A DNA stretch of 64,000 nucleotides from Candidatus Omnitrophota bacterium (lineage in GTDB: Bacteria; Omnitrophota; Omnitrophia; Omnitrophales; JACROU01): assembly GCA_016214265.1 (NCBI GenBank), contig JACROU010000037.1:3859-67858 (forward strand). The letters are read 5' to 3'. The notes beneath the pieces are model-generated. The model worked only from the letters and a program-made list of their open reading frames with translations. It did not search any database and was not told the origin of the DNA. Shown one piece after another: positions 41,013 through 53,011 of this stretch. Within the stretch, counting starts at the first letter, position 1. Each line of letters opens with the position of its first letter. The position numbers and the translations under genes were made by a program.

Positions 41013-41633
41013 ATGAACCGCCAGGTTTCCACCGACAAAGATTCTCTCAGAGAAAAAACGCTCGAAGTGACCAAGCGCCACAAGGCCTCATGGGTTGAGC
41101 TGGGCCAATATCTTTATTCGATTTATCACGACAAAATGTACAAAGATTGGGGATTCTTGTCTTTCGAGGCATATTGCTGGAAAGAGCTGCGTCTGAAACA
41201 GCCGACGGCGATGAAGCTTCTGAAATCCTATTATTTTCTTGAGAAGGAAGAGCCCAAGTTTTTGAACGAAGCCAGTTCCCCGGAAACGGCGCCGCGGGAA
41301 ATTCCAAATTATGAGTCGGTGAATTTGTTGAGGCTCGCCAAAGAAAATAAAAGTGTGACTGAAAGCGATTACCGGGATTTGCGCGAAGTGGTGATCGAGA
41401 AAGCCAGTGAGCCGAAAGAGGTGCGGGCTCAGGTGAAAAAAATCATTGCCGAGCAGGAAGAAGAAAAAAATCCCGCCGAGGTTCGTAAATCACGAAGAAA
41501 TTCTGCGATCAAGAGACTGATCACAGTTTTGGCCAGCGCCAAGCGGCAGTTGGCCAGCGAGAATCTCATTCCCGAACATCTCGTCAAACAAATTGACGCT
41601 TTGACGGCAAAGCTCGAAGATCAGCTGGAATAA
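41013..41633 (+). CDS. Hypothetical protein (alpha-helical)
   Basis: AGGAG RBS; SWVELG..L and YKDWGFLSFEAYC.KEL. Confidence 0.7.
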   Translation: MNRQVSTDKDSLREKTLEVTKRHKASWVELGQYLYSIYHDKMYKDWGFLSFEAYCWKELRLKQPTAMKLLKSYYFLEKEEPKFLNEASSPETAPREIPNYESVNLLRLAKENKSVTESDYRDLREVVIEKASEPKEVRAQVKKIIAEQEEEKNPAEVRKSRRNSAIKRLITVLASAKRQLASENLIPEHLVKQIDALTAKLEDQLE

Positions 41634-41653
41634 CCGAGAAGGTAGCCGCAATA

Positions 41654-41687
41654 AAAGGTTCCTGGAACCTAGGTTCCAGGAACCTTT
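41654..41687. repeat. Perfect 34-bp palindrome built from two AGGTTCCWGGAACCT units
   Basis: AAAGGTTCCTGGAACCTAGGTTCCAGGAACCTTT, between convergent genes. Confidence 0.85.
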
Positions 41688-42357
41688 AACTGGAATGAAG
41701 ATATTCTTCGAGGGTGTCGGCGATGGCGTTACCTATTTTCCGGTATCCCGTGATGTCGGGATGAAGACCGTCAGGTGATGCGGCTAAAAACCCATGTTTT
41801 TCGGGGTCTTCGACGATGCTGAATGTGTCACAAAATCCCAACCCCTTTTCTTGCGCGTAAAATTTAATCCAGCGATTCAGCACCATCATATCGTCCAGTA
41901 CGTCTGGAGTTATGTTATTGTAGGGCAGAAGAGTGCAGGCAATGACCTTGATATTTTTTTCGAGGGCCATCGCATAAATCTTTTTTAAATTTTCCTGAAC
42001 TTCTTCAACCGGCCGGCCTTGATACAAATCATTCACACCTGCCAGCACGATAACGACTTCCGGTTTGTAGGGAAGCGCTTCTGAATCGAATTTCCTCAAA
42101 ATTTTATCCGACCGCCAGCCATTGACACCGCGGTTGATGACCTGCCACTCCGGGTGCCGTTGCATGATCCAGTATTCATACTGGCTTTGAGGATTCCCCG
42201 CGCCATCCGGTGGAGCTTCTGCCGGAGAGCGGAATCCCGGTGTTCCCGCTGTCGTGGAATCGCCCAGAGCTACAATGGTTACGGCTTTATCTGCGATAGC
42301 AGCCAATAACAGAATAGCTAGTGCCAAAATCAATAAAATGAGCAGTATTCTCTTCAT
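41686..42357 (-). CDS. SGNH/GDSL hydrolase
   Basis: GDSTT, NRGVNG, GVND and DGLHP. Confidence 0.92.
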   Translation of the reverse strand: MKRILLILLILALAILLLAAIADKAVTIVALGDSTTAGTPGFRSPAEAPPDGAGNPQSQYEYWIMQRHPEWQVINRGVNGWRSDKILRKFDSEALPYKPEVVIVLAGVNDLYQGRPVEEVQENLKKIYAMALEKNIKVIACTLLPYNNITPDVLDDMMVLNRWIKFYAQEKGLGFCDTFSIVEDPEKHGFLAASPDGLHPDITGYRKIGNAIADTLEEYLHSS

Positions 42358-42410
42358 AGGAATTACCCTAAGAATCGGCTAAAATGCACCTTTTATCCAG
42401 TGGAGAAAAG

Positions 42411-43703
42411 ATGATTCTGCGCGCGTTGTCCCACCAAAATTATCGCCTATTTTTCAGCGGGCAATCAGTGTCGCTTATCGGCACATGGATATCCCGGGTG
42501 GCGATGAGCTGGCTGGTGTACCGTTTGACGGATTCAGCGTTTGTTCTTGGTGTGGTCGGATTTGCCAATCAAATCCCCACATTTTTTCTGGTGCCGTTTG
42601 CCGGTGTGCTCGTGGATCGTTGGAGCCGGCACCGGATGCTGGTGATGACACATTCGCTTCTGATGGCGCATTCATTTATCTTGGCGGTTCTGGCACTCAC
42701 GCACACTATTCAAGTTTGGCAAATTATTTTACTTAGCATTCTTCAGGGAATTATTCACTCGTTTGAAATCCCGGCCCGGCAGTCTTTCGTTTCAGAAATG
42801 GTGGGGAAAAAAGAAGATTTGGCCAATGCCATTGCGCTTAACTCCTCGCTGTTCAACGCGACGCGTCTGGTCGGTCCCGCTTTGGCCGGAGTTTTAATTT
42901 CCGCCTTGGGTGAGGGGATGTGTTTTTTGCTGGACGGAATTAGTTATATCGCAGTGATCGTTTCATTGCTTTCCATGACGATTATTCCAAGACCCATAAA
43001 AAATATAAAAACCAATGTATTTCAGGGAATCAAAGAAGGAATCGATTTTGCTTTTGGTTTTGCGCCGGTTCGAGCCATCCTTCTTCTGGTTGCGTTGGCC
43101 AGCCTGACGGGAATTTCGTACACTGTATTATTGCCGGTGATCGCCCGGGACGTGCTGCACGGAGACGCGCATATTCTGGGGGTGCTTACGTCTGTTGCGG
43201 GATTTGGTGCGTTGATGGGCGCGCTTTATCTGGCTTCTCGAAAATCGGTACGGGGACTTGGACAATACATCGCGATTTCTTCGGGGCTTGCCGGTCTGGG
43301 ACTTATCTTTTTTGCTCTGTCACATGCGCTGTGGTTTTCGCTTGTGACCATTTTTGTGGTAGCTTTTGGTTTTATGATTCAGCTGGCGTCTTCGAATACG
43401 GTGATACAAACAGTCGTCGATGAAGATAAACACGGCCGTGTTCTCAGTCTTTATATTTTGGCGCTTATGGGGATGTCCCCTTTTGGTAATTTACTTGCGG
43501 GTTGGTTAGCGTATAAAATCGGGGCTGGAAATACCTTGATCATCGGCGGTATTTCCTGTATTACCGGAGCTTTTCTGTTTGCGATAAAATTACCCGAGTT
43601 CCGGGAAAAAATCCGGCCGATTTATATCAAAAAAGGAATTATTCCCGAGGTGGCAAAAGGAATTCAGGAAGCCGAGAAAGCAGCTGAGTTGACTCAGGAT
43701 TAA
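42411..43703 (+). CDS. MFS transporter (DUF894/MefA-like)
   Basis: NYRLFFSGQ, GVLVDRWSR, PARQSF and NAIALNS. Confidence 0.9.
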   Translation: MILRALSHQNYRLFFSGQSVSLIGTWISRVAMSWLVYRLTDSAFVLGVVGFANQIPTFFLVPFAGVLVDRWSRHRMLVMTHSLLMAHSFILAVLALTHTIQVWQIILLSILQGIIHSFEIPARQSFVSEMVGKKEDLANAIALNSSLFNATRLVGPALAGVLISALGEGMCFLLDGISYIAVIVSLLSMTIIPRPIKNIKTNVFQGIKEGIDFAFGFAPVRAILLLVALASLTGISYTVLLPVIARDVLHGDAHILGVLTSVAGFGALMGALYLASRKSVRGLGQYIAISSGLAGLGLIFFALSHALWFSLVTIFVVAFGFMIQLASSNTVIQTVVDEDKHGRVLSLYILALMGMSPFGNLLAGWLAYKIGAGNTLIIGGISCITGAFLFAIKLPEFREKIRPIYIKKGIIPEVAKGIQEAEKAAELTQD

Positions 43704-43754
43704 ATTTGGTGAGAAGGTATCTGATACCTTCTTCGTAAAAAAAGGAGAATCTTA

Positions 43755-44069
43755 ATGAAAAAAATAATGATGGTATTTGTGTTGTCGGGTTTTTTGTTTA
43801 ATTTTTCGGGTTTGGCGCTGGCGGGTGATGCCTGTTGTCCTCAAGGTGCCAACCCCGGCACGGCTCAAAGCGCTCCAACAAAGGAGTGGGTTCTTCAGAA
43901 GCGACACGACCGGCTTGAAAGGAAAATTGCTCAAGCGAAAGAACGTAGAGAGAAACTGGTGGCTGACAAAGCTTCACAAGAGAAACTGGCGAAAATTGAT
44001 GCCCGGATCTCCAAGCTCCAAACCAGCCTGGATGAGGTAAATGCCAAGCTGGCAACGCCTCAGCAATAA
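43755..44069 (+). CDS. Small secreted coiled-coil protein
   Basis: AGGAG RBS, signal peptide and heptad-rich C-terminus. Confidence 0.6.
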   Translation: MKKIMMVFVLSGFLFNFSGLALAGDACCPQGANPGTAQSAPTKEWVLQKRHDRLERKIAQAKERREKLVADKASQEKLAKIDARISKLQTSLDEVNAKLATPQQ

Positions 44070-44082
44070 TCCTCTTTCCCAA

Positions 44083-44127
44083 AAAGGTAGCGGCCTACCT
44101 TGTTCTCCAAGGTAGGCCGCTACCTTT
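44083..44127. repeat. Hairpin with 20-bp arms (each arm itself quasi-palindromic); probable terminator
   Basis: AAAGGTAGCGGCCTACCTTG-TTCTC-CAAGGTAGGCCGCTACCTTT. Confidence 0.8.
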
Positions 44128-44217
44128 CTTCCAACGTTAACACCTATTAACCTCATTTTAAGATTGTCTTTATATCTTCCTGCGAGAGTTCTAACGAATA
44201 GCGAAGGGAGAAGTAAG

Positions 44218-45081
44218 ATGAGAGCATCGATTCGTGGTAATGAATGGAAACAAGCGGCCGGAAAAAGAAGAATACATTTCTTGATTGCCGGTTTGTTGGC
44301 TTTCGTTTTTGTAGCGGTATTTCTGATTCCTGAAAAATTCATTCAAGCGCAATCCATATCAATTCTTCCGGGGATGAAACAATCTTCGGGCATAGTAGAT
44401 AAGGTTGTTCCCCAGGAAAGAAATCCAAAATTTTTGACTCAACGGGTTCAAGAGCGGACATCGGCGTTATCTCCTCGTTCAAAGGTCTCTAACGAGATCG
44501 CAACAACTTCAGTTTCTATTTTGAATGAGGCTGTGACAATAAAGCGGGAGGAGGGCCTGCTTCAGAAGTCATTGACTGATGTCCGCTCTAAATTTATTCC
44601 ATCTCAAGTTCCAGTCGCTCCTCGCGTTAAAGAAATTCCGAAAGCGGTTGAGACGAACACGATTGTCATTCCTCAAAAACTTGAGGTGTTGTCAGCGGCT
44701 CTCATCAATCAAAACATCAAAGGCCTGGCTGGATTAAAGCTGGATCAATTCATGAGTGACTATCTTGCCGCCATTGGTGTTGAGTTGGGCGCCTGGATGG
44801 AAGACAACGGAAAAGAGCAATATTTTCTTGATTTGTTCAAAATCAAAGGACCTTGGGTTCTGGTGTTTTTGGCGATGTCGCCGACCAGCATGCACGAATA
44901 TATGCAGGATCTGGATTTGCCGAGTTCGGTAGGGGATATTCTCGAAGCCAAAAAACTCCGGGTCAATATGACTATTGAACAGCACGGCCGCGACATTCTG
45001 GTGGAAACTCAGGGTGCCTATGACATGTGGATTACCTTCCGAATCAATGAAAACAATCAGGTATCTGTCGAGAAAGAGTAA
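44218..45081 (+). CDS. Hypothetical membrane-anchored protein
   Basis: GGGAG RBS, one N-terminal TM; no motif recognised. Confidence 0.55.
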   Translation: MRASIRGNEWKQAAGKRRIHFLIAGLLAFVFVAVFLIPEKFIQAQSISILPGMKQSSGIVDKVVPQERNPKFLTQRVQERTSALSPRSKVSNEIATTSVSILNEAVTIKREEGLLQKSLTDVRSKFIPSQVPVAPRVKEIPKAVETNTIVIPQKLEVLSAALINQNIKGLAGLKLDQFMSDYLAAIGVELGAWMEDNGKEQYFLDLFKIKGPWVLVFLAMSPTSMHEYMQDLDLPSSVGDILEAKKLRVNMTIEQHGRDILVETQGAYDMWITFRINENNQVSVEKE

Positions 45082-45148
45082 GGCAACGCGGCACTTTTTG
45101 AAGAAAAGGTATCCGGTACCTGCTAAAATACCCGCCAATTAATGCACT

Positions 45149-45802
45149 ATGAATCAACAATCCATTCTTAACAAAACGGTTGAGCACGTAAAGAAAACTT
45201 TGTCAGGCGAAGGGTCCGGCCATGACTGGTGGCATATTTACCGCGTGTGGCAGAATGCCCGTGAGATTGGTGTGCGCGAGAAGGCCGATATGTTCGTCGT
45301 CGAGTTGGCCGCGCTCTTACACGATATTGCCGATTGGAAATTTCATGGCGGCGATGATTCGAAAGGCCCGAAGGCCGCGCGCGAATGGATGATTTCCTGC
45401 GGGGTGGATGAAATAACTATTCAGCATGTTTGCGAAATTATTTCCGAGATATCCTTCAAAGGCGCTGGTGTTGCTTCCAAAATCAACACCAAAGAGGGCA
45501 TGGTGGTTCAGGACGCCGATCGTCTTGACGCGATTGGCGCCATCGGTATTGCCCGCACGTTTGCTTACGGCGGTCACAAAGGTCGGGAAATGTACAACCC
45601 CGAGATTAAGCCAGAACAGCATGATACATTTGATCAGTACAAAAAAAATTCCGGTCCTACCGTTAATCATTTTTATGAAAAACTTTTGCTTCTCAAAGAT
45701 CGAATGAATACCCGTTCGGCGCGCGAGCTTGCCGAAAGCCGGCATCGGTTTATGGAGGAATTCTTGGTTCGTTTTTACGCAGAATGGGAAGGTCGGCAGT
45801 GA
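45149..45802 (+). CDS. HD-domain phosphohydrolase (YedJ-like)
   Basis: GHDWWH, LLHDIAD, QDADRLDAIGA and HFYEKLL. Confidence 0.92.
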   Translation: MNQQSILNKTVEHVKKTLSGEGSGHDWWHIYRVWQNAREIGVREKADMFVVELAALLHDIADWKFHGGDDSKGPKAAREWMISCGVDEITIQHVCEIISEISFKGAGVASKINTKEGMVVQDADRLDAIGAIGIARTFAYGGHKGREMYNPEIKPEQHDTFDQYKKNSGPTVNHFYEKLLLLKDRMNTRSARELAESRHRFMEEFLVRFYAEWEGRQ

Positions 45803-47367
45803 ATCGAAAAGTCTATCTGATCGCCGCTTTGTTGATTGTTCTTGCCGGCGCCTTGATTAATTTTAAGGTTCTGCGCGGGGGGCAAAGCCTTAGCCCGGAA
45901 GTCACGCGGCATTTGTGGCGTGTCAAAATTATCGCTAATATTACCGGCAAAGGCGAGCATGCACGGGTACGTTTGACACTGCCCAAAAATAATGCGCATC
46001 AGAAAATCTATAACGAGCATTTCGAAAACGATGAAATGGTTTTTTACGTGCGGACTCAGGTGAAGTCTGGAAATCGCATCGGCACTTGGCGTGCGGAAAT
46101 TTTGGACGGCTCCAAATCCCTTCAGTACACATTCTCGGCGCAGCTCAGAAGAATCCAGTACGAAATTCCTGAAAATCTAACGCTCCCCGAAAATCCCGAA
46201 AAAGCATATCCGCCCGAGATGAAACAGTGGCTGGATCCCTCAAAGTTTATTCAATCAAAAGATCTTCTGATTCAGGATCATTTAAAAGCAATCATCGGCC
46301 ATGATAAAAATGTTGCCCAGGACATACGGAAAATTTTTAATTTTGTGCATGGCGATATCCGGTATCAGACGGAAAAGAAAAGCAAAGACGCGAAGGAAAC
46401 CTTGCTTAATCTGGAGGCCAATTGCGGCGGCAAGGCCAGGCTTTTTGCTGCGCTGGCTCAGGCGGCAGGAATTCCCACGCGCCTTGTCGGCGGCATGATT
46501 ATGACGCCCAGCATCAAAACGATTACGCATGTGTGGGTGGAAAGTTATATCGGCGGGAAATGGATTCCCTTCGATGTGGTAAATAATTATTTTGCGTACA
46601 TGCCCAATCATTATGTGGAGCTTTATCGCGGCGATTATCCGCTTTTCAAACACGTGGGACTTTTGAAATTCGATTATTATTTTGTGATCACGAAAGAGCG
46701 GATCCCGCCGCTTGATAATCCCTGGTCGCTTTATGTCCTGCCGATTCATTTTCAGAAAATGATCAAAGTGCTGCTTCTGATTCCCCTGGGTGCTGTGATC
46801 GTGGCGTTATTCCGGACGATCGTTGGAATTCCCACTTTCGGTACGTTTGCGCCGGTTCTGCTGGCGCTTGCGTTTCGCGAAGTGTCGCTTGGCGTGGGGC
46901 TGCTTTTTCTGGCGATGGTTGTTGCGATCGGATGCGCGTTCCGGAATTTGCTGGACTGGCTGAAAATTTTGGTGATACCGCGGCTTTCGATTGTGGTGAC
47001 ACTCGTAATTATGGTAGTGCTTGCGTCGCTGGTGCTTTTCTATCAGATCGGTCAGCAGAGGGTGCTTTACGTGACGCTCTTTCCGATGATTATCATCACC
47101 TGGACCATCGAACGGTTTTCCGTGCTTCAGATTGAAGACGGCACGCGAGCGGCCATTCAAAGTGCCGTCGGCACCGCGATTGTTGCGACCGCCGCCTATT
47201 TTGTGATGGGCATTCGCACGGTGCGGATTTATCTGTTTGCGTTTCCCGAACTTCTTTTGGTGATTATGGCGGTGCTGTTAATTTTGGGCCGCTACACAGG
47301 AATCCGCTTTTCGGAACTCTATCGTTTCCGGGAGTTTTACAATATTAGCGGCAGAAAAAAACTATGA
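45799..47367 (+). CDS. Transglutaminase-like domain fused to a 7TM domain
   Basis: ANCGGKARLF, THVW and WIPFD; C-terminal GIPTFGTF, LFPMIIITWTIER and GRYTG.RFSE. Confidence 0.85.
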   Translation: MNRKVYLIAALLIVLAGALINFKVLRGGQSLSPEVTRHLWRVKIIANITGKGEHARVRLTLPKNNAHQKIYNEHFENDEMVFYVRTQVKSGNRIGTWRAEILDGSKSLQYTFSAQLRRIQYEIPENLTLPENPEKAYPPEMKQWLDPSKFIQSKDLLIQDHLKAIIGHDKNVAQDIRKIFNFVHGDIRYQTEKKSKDAKETLLNLEANCGGKARLFAALAQAAGIPTRLVGGMIMTPSIKTITHVWVESYIGGKWIPFDVVNNYFAYMPNHYVELYRGDYPLFKHVGLLKFDYYFVITKERIPPLDNPWSLYVLPIHFQKMIKVLLLIPLGAVIVALFRTIVGIPTFGTFAPVLLALAFREVSLGVGLLFLAMVVAIGCAFRNLLDWLKILVIPRLSIVVTLVIMVVLASLVLFYQIGQQRVLYVTLFPMIIITWTIERFSVLQIEDGTRAAIQSAVGTAIVATAAYFVMGIRTVRIYLFAFPELLLVIMAVLLILGRYTGIRFSELYRFREFYNISGRKKL

Positions 47368-48308
47368 TCCAGTTTCTTCGAACGTTTTATCAAGCGGGTC
47401 TCCTTGGCATGAACCGGCGAAACGGCAATTACACCCTCGTGCGCAACCCAAGAAAACTTTATCCTTTTGTGGATGATAAGCTGAAAACTAAGGAGTTGCT
47501 GATCGCCAATGGCATTGCCTCGCCGGAGCTGTATTTCACCATCGAGCGCAATTCTGAATTAAATAACCTGAGCCGGCTGAACATGTTCAAAGATTTTGTG
47601 ATCAAACCAGCCCGTGGGGCGGCGGGCCGCGGTATTTTTGTGATTGTCGATAAAGTCGGCGATTACTGGAAAAAGGCAAGCGGCGAGCTGGTATCGATGG
47701 AAGACATTGAGTATCACGTCACCAACATTATTGCCGGACTGTATTCGCTGGGTGGCGTGAGCGACCGGGCGTTTGTGGAATATCGGGTGCAAAGTCATGA
47801 AGTGTTTCTTCCCGTCACCTTTCAAGGCGTTCCAGATATTCGGATGATTCTTTATCGCGGGGTGCCCGTGATGTCGATGCTACGTCTGCCGACGAAAGAA
47901 TCTGGCGGCCGGGCGAATTTGCATCAGGGTGCCGTGGGCGCTGGTGTTGACATGCTGGACGGCGTGACGCTTGGCGGTGTTTATCACGATCAATTGATTG
48001 AACATCATCCGGATACGAATGTTTCTATCCGGGGAATTAAAATTCCTTTTTGGCCGGAGCTTCTGGAAGCGGCAGCGAAAATTTATGATGTGTTCAAACT
48101 GGGATATGTCGGCGTTGATTTTGTCATTGATCAAGAGCTGGGCCCGCTGATTCTTGAGCTGAACGCCCGGCCGGGCCTTAATATTCAGCTTGCCAACCGG
48201 ACAGGGCTGCTGCCCCGGCTTAATGCGATCGATCGATGGGGTGGTTTAGTCGAAAATCTGGCTTGGGAAAAGAGAATGGAAATCTCACGAAAAGTGATTA
48301 AGCTGTAA
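47364..48308 (+). CDS. Alpha-L-glutamate ligase-like ATP-grasp protein
   Basis: [25 protein letters not shown] and [15 protein letters not shown]. Confidence 0.9.
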   Translation: MIQFLRTFYQAGLLGMNRRNGNYTLVRNPRKLYPFVDDKLKTKELLIANGIASPELYFTIERNSELNNLSRLNMFKDFVIKPARGAAGRGIFVIVDKVGDYWKKASGELVSMEDIEYHVTNIIAGLYSLGGVSDRAFVEYRVQSHEVFLPVTFQGVPDIRMILYRGVPVMSMLRLPTKESGGRANLHQGAVGAGVDMLDGVTLGGVYHDQLIEHHPDTNVSIRGIKIPFWPELLEAAAKIYDVFKLGYVGVDFVIDQELGPLILELNARPGLNIQLANRTGLLPRLNAIDRWGGLVENLAWEKRMEISRKVIKL

Positions 48309-48339
48309 GGGTGTCACCAGTCAAAAGGAGAAGCTATTC

Positions 48340-50346
<2,007 letters not shown>

Positions 50347-50374
50347 AATAATAGTAAGAAGAGAGGTTGGTACG

Positions 50375-51049
50375 ATGGCGCTGAAATTAAAAGATATTCC
50401 CTTATTTCATGGTCTTTCTGAAAGCGAACTTGCAGTAGTAAGACTCTGCTTGAAAGAGAAAACGTTCCAAAAAGGCGAGCTTCTATTTAATGAAGGGAAA
50501 TCCTGCGAGCGGGTGTTCATCGTTCAGCAGGGTCGCGTGAAACTGTACCGGATCGCCTCGTCGGGCCGCGAGCAAATTCTTGAAACCTTGGGGCCCGGTG
50601 ATACATGCGCCTGCAATCCCGGCGCCCAGGTTTGGTGTTGTACGACAACTGCGGAAGCGGTGACGCCGTGCAAGGTGTGGTTTTTGTCGCGGGAAGATTA
50701 TGTGAAAATGGTGCAAACCAATTCAAAAGTCAGCCAGGCCCTCAACCGGCTTTTTGCGGACCGTCTGAAAGCCTTCAGTTCACTTATCGAGGAAGTTTCG
50801 CTTAAAGACGTCAAAAAACGCCTCATCAAATTTCTTTTAGAGATGCACGCTGAGCGGAAAAGAAAATACGGGCAGGGTGACGCGATGTTTATTCCTTTCA
50901 CGCGCGAAGAAATTGCCCAAAGAATCGGTTCGGCCCGTGAGACAGTGGTGCGTTATCTTATGCAGTTGAAACGTTGTAAGCTCATCGATTTAAAACCGCA
51001 TCAAATTATCATTTGCGATCAGCACGGCCTCGAAAAACTCCTTCAGTAA
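50375..51049 (+). CDS. Crp/Fnr-family regulator
   Basis: cNMP-fold sensor domain with TCAC..WCC; HTH TREEIAQRIGSARETVVR. Confidence 0.92.
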   Translation: MALKLKDIPLFHGLSESELAVVRLCLKEKTFQKGELLFNEGKSCERVFIVQQGRVKLYRIASSGREQILETLGPGDTCACNPGAQVWCCTTTAEAVTPCKVWFLSREDYVKMVQTNSKVSQALNRLFADRLKAFSSLIEEVSLKDVKKRLIKFLLEMHAERKRKYGQGDAMFIPFTREEIAQRIGSARETVVRYLMQLKRCKLIDLKPHQIIICDQHGLEKLLQ

Positions 51050-51074
51050 TTGTCTTTTTTTTCGCATAACCAGT

Positions 51075-51111
51075 TCTGAAGGAGAAATCTCGCCGTGAGT
51101 TCTCCTTCGGA
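51075..51111. terminator. Hairpin downstream of the crp/fnr gene
   Basis: TCTGAAGGAGAA...TTCTCCTTCGGA. Confidence 0.45.
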
Positions 51112-51131
51112 GTTGCTCGCAAGCCTTAGAT

Positions 51132-51174
51132 TGTGACCCTGGTCACTGCTTAAAACGAAAGCTTTGTGTATCTT
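51132..51174 (+). promoter_or_regulatory. Crp/Fnr-type box and -10 element
   Basis: TGTGA-CCCTGG-TCACT at 51132-51147; TATCTT at 51169. Confidence 0.65.
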
Positions 51175-51199
51175 TGCCACATCAAAACAGGAGGTTGTT

Positions 51200-51373
51200 A
51201 TGGCTACTCCAAAAATCCAGAAATCGATGCCTCAAACAAAAAAAGAAAAGAAGATCTCTCGCGAAGAAATTGCCCGGCTGGCCTTCGAGCTCTACGAGAA
51301 AGACGGCAGGGAAGAGGGTAAGGATCTTGAGCATTGGTTTGAAGCCGAAAGGATTTTGAGGTCGCATCAATAA
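51200..51373 (+). CDS. DUF2934 small protein
   Basis: IARLAFELYEKDGREEGKDLEHWFEAE; AGGAGG RBS. Confidence 0.85.
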   Translation: MATPKIQKSMPQTKKEKKISREEIARLAFELYEKDGREEGKDLEHWFEAERILRSHQ

Positions 51374-51382
51374 GCAAATAAC

Positions 51383-52171
51383 ATGACCATTCCGCTTCAA
51401 AATTCGGTTGTCTATGGCCCCATACAATCCCGCCGACTGGGGAATTCTTTGGGCATCAATGTGCTTCCGACTGACATTAAATTTTGCCTTTCAAGCTGCA
51501 TCTATTGCCAATATGGCTGGACTGACTTGAGCGCGATGCAAAAAGTGAAACTTCATCCTGCCACAGAGCTGGTGAAGGAAATCGAGGACAGTTTTAAAAA
51601 AATATTTTCAACCGGCACCATCATTGACTCCATCACTTTTTCCGGCAACGGTGAGTCCACGCTGCATCCCGAATTCGGAACTTTAGTCCGGGAAGTTAAG
51701 CGATTGCGCAATCACTATTTTCCTGCCATCCCCGTTTCAATCCTTTCAGATTCTTCCCGGGTTTATCTTCCCGAAGTGCGTGAAGCCCTGGAGAAATTGG
51801 ACGAGCGGTATATGAAACTAGACACGGGCGATCAGGAAATGTATCAGAAAATAAACAATCCGGTTGTAAAGGCGGATTGGAACCGGATCGTCGACGGGCT
51901 CAGCCGTCTTTCTCAGGTGACATTGCAGAGTCTTTTTCTATCAGAGCCTGTAGATAATTCAAGCGGGGAAGCTCTTAACCGCTGGCTTGCAGCGCTCGCA
52001 CGTATTCATCCTGTCGGCCTTCAAATTTATACTGTATACCGTGATACGGCGGATCCGAAAGTAAAGTCGGTGACGTCGAAACGGCTGTCTGAAATCGCGC
52101 ATTTGGCCTGTCAAGTAACGGACTTGAGTACGGTGACTGCGGTCACAGATACTTTTTTGGAATTGATGTAG
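51383..52171 (+). CDS. Radical SAM protein
   Basis: YGPIQSRRLGNSLGIN, CLSSCIYC and TFSGNGE. Confidence 0.92.
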   Translation: MTIPLQNSVVYGPIQSRRLGNSLGINVLPTDIKFCLSSCIYCQYGWTDLSAMQKVKLHPATELVKEIEDSFKKIFSTGTIIDSITFSGNGESTLHPEFGTLVREVKRLRNHYFPAIPVSILSDSSRVYLPEVREALEKLDERYMKLDTGDQEMYQKINNPVVKADWNRIVDGLSRLSQVTLQSLFLSEPVDNSSGEALNRWLAALARIHPVGLQIYTVYRDTADPKVKSVTSKRLSEIAHLACQVTDLSTVTAVTDTFLELM

Positions 52172-52195
52172 CTTTTTTCCGAGAGGTCGGACGAG

Positions 52196-52720
52196 ATGGC
52201 GCACAAGAAAAAAGAATTTAATGTGGTTCAATTACTCGAAAAAAGTCACGATGAGACTTTTCAGAGGACCGATCAATTTCGTGATCTGTTAATCAATCTG
52301 CGTTACGAAGGCAAGTTGTCACTGGGCAAAAACCTAAAGCAGGCCGAAGATGTGCTTAAGTTTTTTAGCCAGGAGCATGCCGGGCATATGCAGTTCGAAG
52401 AAGAAATCCTTTTCCCTTATTTAAAATCTCACGTGCCGAAACTTGAGCCGGTAATTTATCTTCTTCATGCGGAACATTTGGATTTTAAGAACAACCTGAA
52501 AAATTTTGAGAATCTCATCGGTGAGCTTTCCAAAGAAAGGCAGGAAAGCGACCGCGCCGTCATTTTTGAAAAAATCAGAGAAACAGGGGCTTATCTTATT
52601 TTCCTTCTCAGAAGTCACAATCAGTCTGAAAGTGAAAGCGTGTATAAAGTGATCGATCGTGAACTCCATGACGATGAGAAGGAAGAGCTTGCTGAAAAAA
52701 TAGAGAAGTTTCTGCCGTAA
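52196..52720 (+). CDS. Hemerythrin-domain protein
   Basis: H...HMQFEE.ILFP...EH...HNQSE ligand pattern. Confidence 0.85.
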   Translation: MAHKKKEFNVVQLLEKSHDETFQRTDQFRDLLINLRYEGKLSLGKNLKQAEDVLKFFSQEHAGHMQFEEEILFPYLKSHVPKLEPVIYLLHAEHLDFKNNLKNFENLIGELSKERQESDRAVIFEKIRETGAYLIFLLRSHNQSESESVYKVIDRELHDDEKEELAEKIEKFLP

Positions 52721-52738
52721 CCGGAAAAACCCAAATCC

Positions 52739-52981
52739 ATGAAGCAAACTTACAAATGGCTGCCCGTAATAAAAAAAGAAAATTGTACGGGCTGTGGTTT
52801 ATGCGTTGAAGCATGTACGCCAAAATGTTTAGAGGTTGTCGATGGTGTTGTTGTTCTCACGCTTCCGATTCTTTGCGGAAGTGAGGAGCATTGCATTTCA
52901 CCTTGTAACTATGAAGCCATTGAGATGAAATGGGTGCCTGCGCCCGGACGTGACTATATCGGTTTGTGGCACGAAAAATAG
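52739..52981 (+). CDS. 4Fe-4S dicluster-type ferredoxin
   Basis: CTGCGLCVEAC; atypical second site CGSEEHCISPC. Confidence 0.88.
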   Translation: MKQTYKWLPVIKKENCTGCGLCVEACTPKCLEVVDGVVVLTLPILCGSEEHCISPCNYEAIEMKWVPAPGRDYIGLWHEK

Positions 52982-53011
52982 TTTTCCCTCCATATTTATA
53001 TTCTGACATTA

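Noticed and set aside
41654-45121. CRISPR array or integron attC sites
   Set aside because: There is no regular repeat-spacer period, no cas or intI gene, and no convincing RYYYAAC/GTTRRRY ends.
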